34,689 nucleotides of DNA, from assembly GCF_004010195.1 (NCBI RefSeq), contig NC_057718.1:42484901-42519589 (forward strand), in the 5' to 3' direction. The DNA is from Chiloscyllium plagiosum (Eukaryota). Position 1 is the stretch's first letter; every line of letters starts with the position of its first letter. The translations under genes and the position numbers were made by a program. The notes below the pieces were generated by a model. That model had not been told where the DNA came from. It did no database searches and saw only the letters and a list, made by a program, of their open reading frames with translations. Positions 11,198-22,789 of this stretch are shown piece after piece.

Positions 11198-11870
11198 CCA
11201 CTCTCTCTACATGTTCATCTCCGACCATGATAATCCAGGAGCTCCCTGCTTTTTCCACGAATGGAGGCCCAACAAGATTTCATCCAACGCTACAATTATC
11301 ATCGAATCATAGAACCCTACAGTGTAGGAGTGGGCCATTCATCCCATCGTGTCCACACTGACCCTCCGAAGAGTGTCCCACACTTCCCAATTTGTCCCTT
11401 TCACCCTGCATTTCCCATGGCTAATCCACCTAACCTGCATATCCATGGACATAATGGGCAATTTAGCATGGCCAATCCATCTAACCTGCACATCTTTAGA
11501 TTGTTGGAGGATACTGGAGCACCCAGAGGACCCACGCAGATATGGAGAGTACATGCAAACTCCACACAGACATTCGCCCGCAATTGAACCTGGGTCTCTA
11601 GTGCTGGAAGGCAGCCATTCTAACCCCTGAGCCACCATGCCACCCTTGAATATTTGGCTGAGCATATTCTTATAGTAAGTAACTATTCTTTAACTCCATT
11701 CATTTCCTCTAAATAAAACATGTTGCTCTGGGAACCTGCATGTGTCCTCATTGTACCTTCCTTTTTTTGGACACGTTGCATTCCTTGTTCCACTCCAACT
11801 TGGGCCCACTCTATCTATTTTCTGGTACATTGATAATTGCATCAGAGCTGCCTCTTCTCTCACTCACAGT
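11198..11870 (+). mobile_element. Penelope-like element RT core, inverted relative to the 3' part and interrupted by an HE1 SINE
   Basis: Plus-strand remnants HSLYMFISDHDNPGAPCFF..RPN / LAEHILIVSNY / FNSIHFL*IKHVALGTCMCP / FWYIDNCIRAAS correspond to the PLE RT motifs SLYT.I, Q.KGVAMGT.MGP and RYIDD. Confidence 0.78.
11304..11645 (-). mobile_element. HE1-type SINE
   Basis: Reverse complement of the 4302 and 6713 copies, with an internal duplicated atgg.(t/c)aatcca.ctaacctgca unit. Confidence 0.9.
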
Positions 11871-12311
11871 TACCATGAGTACACTTCCTCACAGCTGTTT
11901 CCCAAATTTTAAAAATCCATCAATCAGGATATCTTTATTAATCAATAAAATTGTTCATTTACTATAAAATAAAAAAAGTTCAACTAAGATGAAAATCAGT
12001 TTAACACACAATTTAAATTTGGAAATTATAAAAAGTTCCCCTTCTAAATAACCCAACGTGTGCACACCTGCACACAGGTGGCTGAACAAAATAAATATTT
12101 TCTCTGCAGTTGAATGACTTTGGGTGGAAAAAAAAACATTTTAGCCAACAATTATTAGTTTTTGAAGGAAAAAAGATCAGGTATGAAATTTTCAGTCACC
12201 CTTCTATGTAATTGGATGTCACACAGCAAAGTCAGTTGTCACTAAGATCCTCACAGACAGTTCATTCAGGAAATGTCAAAAAGGACTGTTTCAAAATCAT
12301 TTCAGGTGAAC

Positions 12312-12637
12312 AATTGAATTGAGTTGAATTGAATTTATTGTCACGTGTACCGAGGCACAGTGAAAAGCTTTAAGTGAAAAAAGTTAAGTGGCATAAATAA
12401 GTAAATAATAGGTAAACAGCAGCAAAAACAAAAACACAGGTACAGGCGAATGTTAAGAGTTTGAGAGTCCATTCAGTATTCTGATAACAGTAGGGTAGAA
12501 ATTGTTTTGAAACTGGCTGGTATGTATGTTCAGGCTTCTGTACCTTCTCCCCGATGGTTGAGGTTGTAGAAGAACATTGCCAGGATGGAATAGATCTTTG
12601 AGAATGCTGGCGGCCTTTCCTTGACAGCGGGCCTGGA
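12312..12637 (-). mobile_element. Rex1/Babar-type LINE 3' end with (TTCAA)n-like tail
   Basis: Minus translation QARCQGKAASILKDLFHPGNVLLQPQPSGRRYRSLNIHTSQFQNNFYPTVIRILN matches the Rex1/Babar C-terminus (I.KDP.HP...LPSGRRYRS...NSF.P.AIRLLN). It is followed by AATAAA and a pentamer tail. Confidence 0.85.
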
Positions 12638-12699
12638 TCAGTGATCAACTAGATCAGTGTTTCAGTTATCTGCCCAAAAGGGCTTTCTCAAAAAGGCAA

Positions 12700-12904
12700 A
12701 GGTTGTGGAATGAACTTCCAGAAGAAGTGGTAGATGCAGGTACTAATATAACGTTTAAAATACATTTGGATAAGTATATTAGTAAGAAATGTTTGGAAGG
12801 ATATGGGCCAAGTGCAGGCAGGTGGGACTCGTATAGTTTGGGATTGTGGTCAGCATTGATGTATTGGACCTAAGGGTCTGTTTCCATGCTGTATGACTCT
12901 ATGA
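12700..12904 (+). mobile_element. CR1 (HER1-like) LINE 3' end
   Basis: Encodes WNELPEEVVDAGT..TFKIHLDKY, then the UTR gggtctgtttccatgctgtatgactctatga. Confidence 0.88.
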
Positions 12905-13239
12905 GCTGGGTAGTATCTCTCTCTCGCAACTTGCTGTAGCTCAACTGAATTCCCACGAATACCAAAAATACCACAGCTCCTGATGACCACAAGGTGCTCA
13001 GACGTGTAACTTCTAGTAAATCCAGCCGGTAGCAATCTTGACTTTTTATTTAATTAAAAATGTGATTCATTACCTTCTCAGTGATCTGTTAAATAAACAG
13101 GTATGGTCTCAGTGCTCCCAATGAATCACTATCTACAATTCTTTAAATATAAATCCTTAAAGAAAGTTATCCTGGATATTCTGACGAGTGGCAGTTCATA
13201 TTTTGCAATGTCTATAATGAGGTCTGCATTTCATTAGGA

Positions 13240-14060
13240 AATTTTTATCCTGGCTCCTTCAGAAATGGAAAGCATGGCTGAAATCAGTGGAGCTGTTCAT
13301 AACAAAGGATAGTCAAATCTCTTCTGCAGCAAGTTGTTGAGATTTTGAAATTTAAAAGTCCAGTGACACAGCCCGACATTTTCACAGCTGTTGTGAAAGA
13401 CTGAGTGGGTAAAATGAATATGGGGTTAGCGTGGCAGTGAGTTAATGAGTTAGGATGCTAGGTAGATGGTGTGCTAGGTTAGTGCGTTGGAGTGCTTGGG
13501 GTAGGTAGAGGGCGGTGGTAAAATTGTGTGCAGCTTGCAGCAGTGGGGGAGGTGGCTGAGTGGGCAAGTTTGTTATCAAGCCTGATAGTGGAGGGATGAT
13601 GCTGTGTCCTAGGGTTGTAAGGGCACTGGTGAAAAGGATGTCATGGCTGCTGGCAGTTCAGGCAAGCAGCAGTATGGGGAAGGGAAAGTGGAGTTGTGTA
13701 GGGTCTGGGTTAGTTTTGTCAAGGGGGTGATTTTTGAGTGTCTGGGAACTAAAAATTGGGGAAGTGTAATTGAAGATTGGAGGTTTCTGCAATGAGCTGT
13801 GGGTTACAGTTTAATTGTTACTAAGGATTTGACTAGGTTTTTAATAAACAACTTTCCTGATTAATTATTTCAGAAGTGGCAGCCTCAATGTTAGTGCTTT
13901 TGTCTTTTTAGCCCAAGAGACAGGGGAAATGTCTGTTGAAGTCTTCAATTTCCCAGGCAGTTCTCACTGCGTCAGCAGTGTCTAAGATTACATTGGGTCC
14001 TGACATGCAGTCTGCAGTGTTCCATTGATTACCTGGCAATTGGAACATATTAAGAATGAA
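13240..14060 (+). repeat. Old unclassified repeat with a G-rich core
   Basis: 13800-13970 resembles the reverse complement of 26560-26800 (ggggaaatgtctgttgaagtcttcaatttccc vs agggaaatgccaattgaagttttcatttttcc). The G-rich block here mirrors the C-rich block at 26800-27100. Confidence 0.5.
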
Positions 14061-14094
14061 TTGGCTTCATAACAACACTCTTTCACGACCTTGC

Positions 14095-14255
14095 CTTTTA
14101 TTTTTCTTCCCACCTTTCACTTGCTCAAAGTCTATGACACTTCTGTCCCTCCTGGATTCTGATGAAGAATATTAAACCTGAGATTCTATCTTTGGTTCTC
14201 TCCAAAGATGTTGTCTAATCCACTCAGTATTTCCAATATTTTCTGTTTTATCATT
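14095..14255 (+). repeat. Penelope-like terminal repeat fragment with CTGATGA motif
   Basis: ttctgatgaagaatattaaacctgaga...ctctccaaagatgttgtctaatccactcagtatttccaatattttctgttt, the same family as 1385-1470. Confidence 0.55.
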
Positions 14256-14467
14256 TAATTTATTCATGCTGCTCCTTTCTTTTCAGTCATTTTGGCTTGT
14301 ATGTAGAGATTTTAATAGTATAAATTTTATTTCTCTCAGCATATTAAAACAAGTATTTCATGGATGTTTTGAAAATCTTAGAAAACAGACACATGTCAAG
14401 TTATTGCTTATTTGTTCGCTAAGTAATATTTTTATTATACAATTTTATTTAAATTTACTTGTTTTAA

Positions 14468-14704
<237 letters not shown>

Positions 14705-15199
14705 TGAGTCTAAAAAATAATTTGACATATTTGTTTGAGAGGGCAGTTGCCCATATTCAAAACATAGACTATCAATTTTACATCACTGAAATTATTTTTA
14801 CTTGGGAATTTTATTTCTTTTCATGCCTTTGCCCAGTGTATAATTGTATTAGGAAGAAATTGGGTTGAATCAATTTGTTTGAATAAATTAAAAGAAACAA
14901 GACAAAAATGTTTTGGAACAAAGAGAAAACGAAGATGCTTTTGTTTCATATTGTAAAATTTGTAAGAATACTGAAATTTTTTTATGAATTTGTATTGTTT
15001 GATCAACATGGTTTATGCTTTATGCACAAGTTTCATTTCAATATTTTTCAAAGCTTTCTTTTAAACATATGTTATTGCATAACGGTTACATATGTACATT
15101 TTGGAGTCTTTGACCAGTAATAGAATTCATTACGTAACAGTGAATGACCAAAATTGCTCAGACAAAACTGACATACAAAATTAAAAAAAAACTTGTGTG

Positions 15200-17990
15200 G
15201 TTTTTCACTCAATCATGGGGCATGGATGTCACAATCTAGGCCAGCATTTATTCCGTCCACATTGCCCTGATATAGTTCCAAACCAGGATAGCTTGGCAGG
15301 GGAGCTTTCAAGTGATCGTGTTCCTTTGCACTTACTACTTTTGTCATGGTTGTGGCTTGGAAGAGTGGTACCAGAGGAAACTTTGTGGGTGCATCTTGTA
15401 GGTGGTGTACACTGCTGCCACTTTGGGTCACTGGTGGAGGGAGTGGATGTTGAAGTTGATGGATGGAGAGCCTGTCAAATTGGCTGTTTTTTTTTCTTGG
15501 ATGGTGTCAAGCTTTTTGAGTGTTGTTGGAGATGCATCATGCAGGCAAGTGGAATGTATTATATGACAGCCATGACTTGTGCCTTGTTGATAACGGGTAG
15601 GCAGTGGGTAGACAGGAAGTGAGTTACTTATCGTAGAATTCCTCGCCTCTGACCTGCTCTTGGAATTACAGCATTTAAATGGCTTTTAGTCTATTTATGG
15701 TCAATGGTAGCCCTCAAGGTTTTGCTTGAGGATTTCAGCAGTGATACTGTTGTTGAACATCAAAGGGCGATAGTTAGATTTTTCCTTGTTGAGTATGGTC
15801 ATGGAATCCTATCCCTTACAATTTTCTCTAAGACTTTGCCCACAACAGAAGTGAGACTCACCGGCCTATAGTTACTAGCATTTAATTGATGAATGTTACT
15901 TGCCATTTACCAAGACAAACCAAAGTGTTGTCTGGGTCTTTTATCATTTGGACATAGGCTGCTTCAGTGTCTGAGGCATCGTGAATGGTGTTGAATATTG
16001 TGCAAATATCAGAGAACATCCCCACTTCTGACTTTATGCAGGAGCAAGGGAGTCATTATTGAAACAGCTGAAAACCGTGACACTATTATGACGAACTTCG
16101 GTGATAATGTCCTAGACTGAAGTGATTGACTTTAAACAGGTATGTCATCCTTATTGTGCCTGGTATGTCTTCAATAGCAGAGCGTCTTTCTTCCCCCATT
16201 TCCTATTGCCTTCAGTTTTGCTAGATTTCTTTGGTACATTTGGTCAATGCTGCCTTGATGTTTACGCCACTTCCTTTCGTTTCACCATGAGTTCAGCTAT
16301 ATTGTCCATGTTTAGACTAAGGCTGTAAAGAGATCAGGAGCAGTGTGGCCCAGTGGAATTCAAACTGAGTATCAATGAATGGGCTATTCCTTTCCAAGTG
16401 TTGTTTGATAGCATTGTCGATGACCCCTTGCATGACTCTTTTGATGATCGAGAATGGACTGTGATGGTAATCATCTGGATTGAAGTTGTCCTGATTGCTT
16501 TGCACAGGACATATCTGGACAATCTTCCACAATTTCAGTTATATGCTAGTGTTCTAGCTGTACTGGAACAGCTTAACAAGGGGCGCATCTAGTTCTGGAA
16601 TATAAGTCATCAGTACTAATGCCAGATTGTTGTCAGAGTTTTTGCAGTATTCAGTCATTTCTTGATAACACACAGAATGATCCAATTAGTTGAATACTGG
16701 GGACTTCTGGAAAAGGCTTTGTTGGATTGCCCATTTGACATTATCTGGCTGAAGATGGATGAAAATACTTCAGTCTTGTCTTTTGCAGTGATGTGCTACA
16801 GATCTCCTATCATTAAAAATTGGGTATTTGTGGAGCTATCACTTCTGATACTTGTTTAATTGACTATCACACTTCACATCTGGATATGGCAAGACTGCAG
16901 AGCTTAAATCTGATTTGTTGGTTGTGGGATTGCTTAACCCTTTCTATTGCTGCTGTTATTTGGCAAGGGAGTTGTAGTGTCACCAGGTTGACACCTCATT
17001 TTCAGCTATGTCTGGTGCTGCTCTTGCTGCCTTCTTTGAACCAGTTTTGATCTCGTGGCTTGATATCAGTGGTAGAGTTAAGAGTGTGCCAGGTGATGAG
17101 GTTGCAGATTGTGGTTGAATACAATTCTACTCTAGATGAGTTTTGAGAAGATTTGTAGCTCAGGTTGAGGTTCTGCATGTCGGTTATCTACTCTAGATAA
17201 TTACCCACAGTGCCTCATGGATGCCCCATTTTGAGTTACTAGTTCTGTTAAATATTTGCCCAATTTAACCAGTGATAGTGCTACACAGCATATTGGAGAG
17301 CATCCTCAAAGTGGACACCATACTTTGTCTCGAGAAGGACTGTGCAATGGTTGCTCCTCTTGACACTGTCATGGACAAACCCCTCTGTGACAAGTAGATT
17401 AGATAAGGATGAGTTTGTGTAGATTTTACCCTCTGGATCCTTCATCATTGCTGTAAACCCAGTCCAGTAGCCATGTCATTTAGGATTTGGCCACTTTGGA
17501 CAGTGCTGATATGCCAATCTTGGTAAAGGACTAGAGTATGTTTTGTGCTCTTAACACCCTCAATGTTTCCCTTTAGTAGTGTTTCCCTTAAGTACTGATT
17601 CATTAGGAAATGGGGTGATGGCGTTTGCAGTAGGTGCCAATCAGTGGGATGTTCCGTTGCCCATATTCATCCAGATGCCATGAAATTTCATGGGATCAAA
17701 GTTCAGGACAGCTAGGGTAAGTCAAGGGTATACCACTGTGCCAGCACCATTGGTCAATCTGACTTGCTGGTGAGACAGTACAGATGGAATGGTGATGGTG
17801 GTGTCTGGGACACTTGATTAGTCCATGAGACATTTTTCCAAATTTCGGCACTAACTCCCACATGGAGGTAAGGTGTTGTTTCGTGTGCTTCGATTGATGC
17901 CAGGCATACTTTCTGGGTCCTTTCCTTGCTTTAGCCTTTGTGGTTGCCTGGTACAACTGAGTGACTTGCTAGACTAATTTAGAGGGAAGG
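15200..17990 (-). mobile_element. LINE family 2 (CR1/L2-group), long decayed copy covering the endonuclease through RT and the 3' UTR
   Basis: Minus-strand remnants LKDMATGLGLQQ (APE region), NPDDYH..SIIKRVMQGVIDNAIKQHL..DTQFEF and GILR*VTHFL..INKAQVMAVI*YIPLA. The 3' tail (aataaatgctggcctag) lies near 15230-15250. Confidence 0.8.
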
Positions 17991-18014
17991 TTAGCAGATG
18001 AATGAGAACATCAC

Positions 18015-18267
18015 TAACTGCTAGTTCCCTTCCAAACATTCACCATCCTGACATGGACATATATTTTGCATTCCATTGCTGTCACTTCATCAAACTTCTG
18101 GAAATGCCTCCCTAACAGCACCTTGACTGTGCCAGTTATGGGCTACAAATATGTGCACCAATGTGAACTGTAGCATTCAAATAAGTAACTTGCCATTGTC
18201 TTCTCAAGGATGGGCAATAAATGCTGGCCTAGTCATTGGCATCATGTCCTGCAAAAGAATATAAAAA
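18015..18267 (+). mobile_element. LINE family 2 3' end
   Basis: Ends ggatgggcaataaatgctggcctag...aagaatataaaaa. Confidence 0.7.
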
Positions 18268-18500
18268 TCCACAATCTGTTGCCTTCCAGGTAATTGTTTC
18301 ACATTGGCCCATAATTGCCACATTTTAGAAAATTAAATTTGCATATATTATGACAAATAACTAAGCTTACTTAATACAGTTATTAACCAATTCCTGATCT
18401 GAAAAAAAATGGAATTTTCAATGAAATCTGTAAATCTTCAAATGTAAGAAAGAATTGCATTATTTATCTCATAGAGGAGATGTTGGTGTTGGTCGAGGGT

Positions 18501-18609
18501 GACAAAGTCAGAAGGTTCACCACACCAGGTTACAGTTCAGCAGGTTTATTTGAAATCACAGAAGCTTTCGAAAACTGTAACCTGGTGTGGTGTGACTTCT
18601 GACTTTGTC
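18501..18609. repeat. Inverted repeat with 37-bp arms (Penelope-derived or MITE-like)
   Basis: gacaaagtcagaag-gtt-caccacaccaggttacagtt pairs with aactgtaacctggtgtggtg-tga-cttctgactttgtc around a 35-nt loop. Confidence 0.85.
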
Positions 18610-18740
18610 CATAGAGATGCATAGCATGGAAACAGACCCTTTGGCCCAACTCATCTATACAACCAAATATTCTAAATTAATCGAGTCCCTATCATCTTAA
18701 ACCTATGCCCTCTAGATTTGGACTCTCTTACCCTGGAAAA
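18610..18740 (-). mobile_element. Short internally deleted CR1 3' fragment
   Basis: catagagatgcatagcatggaaacagaccctttggcccaac matches 34054-34095. It then jumps to taaacctatgccctctag, matching about 34320. Confidence 0.75.
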
Positions 18741-18793
18741 TCCATGTATTGGAAATAGGGACTGAAGTGAGGAGCAAATTGACGCTGAGCAAA

Positions 18794-19125
18794 AATCATA
18801 AAATCCCAACAGCATGGAAATAGGCCATTTGGCTCATCCAGTCCACACCAACCCTCCAAAGAGCATCCCACCACACCACCTACTCTGTCTGTGTAACCCT
18901 GCATTTTCCACAGTTCATCCACCAAGCAAGCACATCCTTGGACATCCATGGGTAACTTAGCAAGGCCAGTCCACCTAACCTGCATATCTTTGGACTGTGG
19001 GAGGAAACCAGAGACCCAGGCAGAATGTGCAAACCTCCACTCAGACAGTCGCCCAAAGCTGGAATTGAACCCAGGTCTCTGGCACTGTGAGCAGCAGTGC
19101 TAACCACTGAGCCAACATGCCACCC
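18794..19125 (-). mobile_element. HE1-type SINE
   Basis: On the minus strand: A box TGGCTCAGTGG, B box GGTTCAATTCC, V core and CR1-like tail. Confidence 0.9.
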
Positions 19126-19519
19126 ACATTTGTGTCATCAAGTAACTGAAATCTATATTTCCATGAAATAGCATCTTCAAAAATAGTCCTGAATCTTATG
19201 TTCAAATTTGTGGACAATGTGGAGCAGTGGAAGATTTATTAATTTAAATTTATCTGAATAAATTTTAAAATTATTTGTCAGGTCATTTATTTTAGTGTCA
19301 CGATGTGAGTGCAGTTTTTAAAGGGTTAATACATTTCCTTGATCAAGTTAAGACATTACTATTGTCAATAAAAATTAACAATTAGATTTGTCAATTACTG
19401 TTTGTTTGACTGGCAGTGTTTTAAAGGGTTGAGATCAAAGTGTACCCCTGCTCCTTCTGACTGAAATAGCTGTCGAATAGGTCATATCAAAATCTCTTAA
19501 ACTACTGCTGGTTTGATAG

Positions 19520-19599
19520 GTTTTCAAGCAAGACTCACGCGATTGTCTGGAATGGCAAATAGAAATGGCAGAAAGGAGCCCAGGAAGATATCCACAAAG
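19520..19599 (+). CDS. GPATCH2: GPATCH2 internal coding exon (80 nt, phase 1-0; probably orthologous to human exon 5)
   Basis: Acceptor gtttgatag|G, donor AAG|gtaagc. Joins the previous exon in frame to give GFQARLTRLSGMANRNGRKEPRKISTK, matching GPATCH2 GFQARLSRLHGM. Not in the ORF track because it is short. Confidence 0.9.
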
Positions 19600-22009
19600 G
19601 TAAGCACATTTATTCTTTCTCTTTGTTCTGTGTTGCTGCTGTGATAGTTTAGACTGGTACCTTACTGAAGTTAGGTGGTGAAGATGTTACAAAGACCTTG
19701 GCCTGTGACCTCTACCCTCTCTGGTCATGGTTCAGGTGGTCATCTATCTCTTGATCCCTTTCCCACCTCCTTTCTGTTTCGCTTCATTGCGAGCTTGAGC
19801 ATAGCTGGGATTTGTAGCCTATTTTCCAGTCTTATTGCAATCTCACAGTGGTGTTTTATAGGAGCCATTACAACTGATGGATTAGTTCTCATGGTATTTA
19901 TGACATATGACGTACCCATGGTGTTACCAGCAAAGGGCATGCAGAAAGGAAAAAAACAACTGATTCCACCTCCAAAACCTGAAGGGTGTTGAGCTTTAAA
20001 TCATTTTGTGAAAGGTGTGCAGATATACAGTGCTGTGTTTATCTTAATTTTTGATCTCTAGAAATCTATTCTAAAATTGTTCTAAATATCTAGAAATCGG
20101 CTGCTAATGTGAACTGTTGTTGGTGAGAGAGATACATGGCTACCTGGAATGGTGTTATTGAACTACATCAGCTACGTATAACTCCACATGGTTTATGAAA
20201 AATTCTTGGATTCCAGTGCAAGTTTTGTTTAAGAGAATAGGATTAAAATAAATGTTCATTTTTAATTCATGTATACTGACCAATTTTTGTTTTAAAAGGT
20301 GACTCTTGTTTTTGTGTGATTATTAGCAGAGTACAAAAGTAAATTAGTAAATTTGAAACTATTGTTTTCTTGTGAATATGTAATTAATGCATATGGATTA
20401 GGTTTTTTCTTTGTTTTGCTATGCTTTCATGGCATGCACTACAGTTTGATTTCTTCAATGGAAATTATGTTGGATAATACTGGCTTTGATTGATTACAAT
20501 ATTTTACCAAAACGTTCACATAAAATAAATAGATATTTGGCAGTACATATTAAGTATCATAAAAGCTTTCTCAATTATCTATTTTTCTTTATGTATTCAA
20601 TTTTATTTTGACAATTTTATAGAGCACATTTAGTCATGGGAAACAAGGACACAAATTTATGAAAACTGATTGAATCTACATTTAATTAATTTCCTTTTAA
20701 TTCTATTTACTGTTCTTTGAAATATAAAAAAGAATCCTGACTATCCTACTCTTGCTCTATTTGGTTGCAAAAAAATGGAATGATACCTTAAGCCTCATAG
20801 AATTAAAACAGAAAATTGTTCAACTGTGTCAGTAAATGGATTTGAGATTATGGGTATGAGTAGGGTACCTAGCGCCAAAGTCTTGTCACAGAATTAGATG
20901 TCAAAAATCTTCTTCAGTTTTAGATATATGGTTCACAGCCACTGGGTATGATTAATATATACAATCTAAATCATTGAAAGTTCCTCTGTTCTTTTCGTAA
21001 AATACAATAGAGCACAAATCACTTAAACCATGGGAGGATAACAATTGGAAAATAATGCATCTTCTCTACCAATGAATTGTCAGTTATATCTAATTTAACC
21101 AAAATCAATTCATCTTTCTTGCATTAGATGAAACTACTTGCAATAAATCTTCACCTAATGTTTGATCCATCTTTTTGATACATCTACAACACTTTATTTT
21201 CAAGCCTGCAATCCTGCATTTTAAATCTATGGAAATACATAGAAGTCTTGTTTTTTTCTGCCCTTCAGAAGCCAACATTTGCTTGCTACTCAGGGACTAT
21301 TTAGCATATCATTTTGTCTTTTTCTTTTTATGTATTTAATTTTCTTGCATATATGTAATTGTACAGTGTTTTGATTTGTATTTTCTTTTGACTCCATTTC
21401 TGTTTTTTTTTCCCCTTTTTTGTGTCTTCTTGGAATTTTGTCTTGTGTTTTAAGCAAGCTTTATTTTATATTTTAGTTAGCTGGTCAATTCTCCCAGAAA
21501 CTGACTGTAATTCTACAGTCAAGCCATAGACAATAACTGGGTTGTGTACAACATCTATTATCATTGTTTTATTCATCCCTGATTGGCTGGAGTGTTATGA
21601 TTTGAGGTGATTATAGAAGTTAACAGTTATTAGTTCATTGACAAACTTACTGCCAGATTACAGCACAATATGTGAATAATTAGTGTCATTAGTGAGATCA
21701 ACTAATTTTTTGACAGGCAGTTCTTGCTCCACTTGATTACTCAAACTGTTCGACTTTGGTTGTTACTGTTTTGTTCCTTTTTTCTACCATTTTGACCTTT
21801 TTCACAGATTTGATTGTTTTGTTTTTATTCTTTCCTTATTACATTGATTTGGCATTTCTTGCTTTTAAAGTCTGATCCTAGGGAGATTTAAATTTGTTTT
21901 CTTATTTAACCTGATTTGTGAGTTTAAGTTGGGAATTCTGAATGTCCAGTTTATCGTTGAGTTCATTGCAATATTTATTTTTTGTAAAACAAAGCACAAC
22001 AATTTATAA

Positions 22010-22322
22010 AATTGAGAGATTTTGACGGCACATTTAAGGAAAACATATTCCCATTGGCAGGATGATCAGTATTGTGATGATACAGATTTACAATCAACCT
22101 TTTTTATGCCATAAATTGCTAAGACCTAGAATTAACATCCTAGAAGACTAGATTCAATAGTGTCCTTCAAAAAGAAATTTGATATTTGTTTGAAGAGGAC
22201 AATATTACAGGGCAATGGGAAATAAAGATATGCCATGCATTACATATCTCTTTCAAAGAGCTAGCACAAGTCAGCTGATTGTGATTGTCAGAATGGCCTG
22301 ATAGATTGTATGATTTTATGAG
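22010..22322 (+). mobile_element. Ancient CR1-like 3' end
   Basis: gattcaatagtgtccttcaaaaagaaatttgatatttgtttgaag...ctctttcaaagagctagcac...gaatggcct...tgtatgattttatga. Confidence 0.55.
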
Positions 22323-22334
22323 CAATAAAGCATA

Positions 22335-22600
22335 AATGATGGCCTCTCATGCCTCTGCTGGCTCTTTGAAAGAGCTGCCCAATTGCTACCAATCCATGGT
22401 CCGAAAACAATATTTACTTCAAGTACTTTATAATTTTCAATCAGAAGTTGCCATTGAATTTGCTTCCACTCTGCTTGCAAATTGTAACTTCCAGGGTACA
22501 GAAATACGATGCATATCTTTCCTCCACCCCACCATCTGTTCTGATGTTCTTTTCAATTCTTCTGCCACTGGCATCAGTCTTCCTTCTTTATGCTGTCAAG
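22335..22600 (-). mobile_element. Ancient CR1-like 3' end, tail-to-tail with the previous copy
   Basis: tgctggctctttgaaagag is nearly the reverse complement of ctctttcaaagagctagca at about 22250. Confidence 0.5.
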
Positions 22601-22789
22601 TCAATATTGACCATTTATAATTTCAAGCTTCTCGATTCGGAATTTTACATATAGATGTAAAGACATCATTGCTCCCTTTTTTTTTAAAACCCCCCGCTTA
22701 CTCAGTCACAACAAATATTTATTTCTATTTTATCCTTGATTAGCATGTAGCTAATGCATTCCAATTAAACTTGGTTAGATCGTTCTTGT

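Noticed and set aside
11261..11665. Cluster of overlapping ORFs on both strands
   Set aside because: All lie within an HE1 SINE, and similar peptides recur at the other SINE copies.
15197..15622. 141-aa + strand ORF
   Set aside because: It is antisense to the decayed LINE 3' region.
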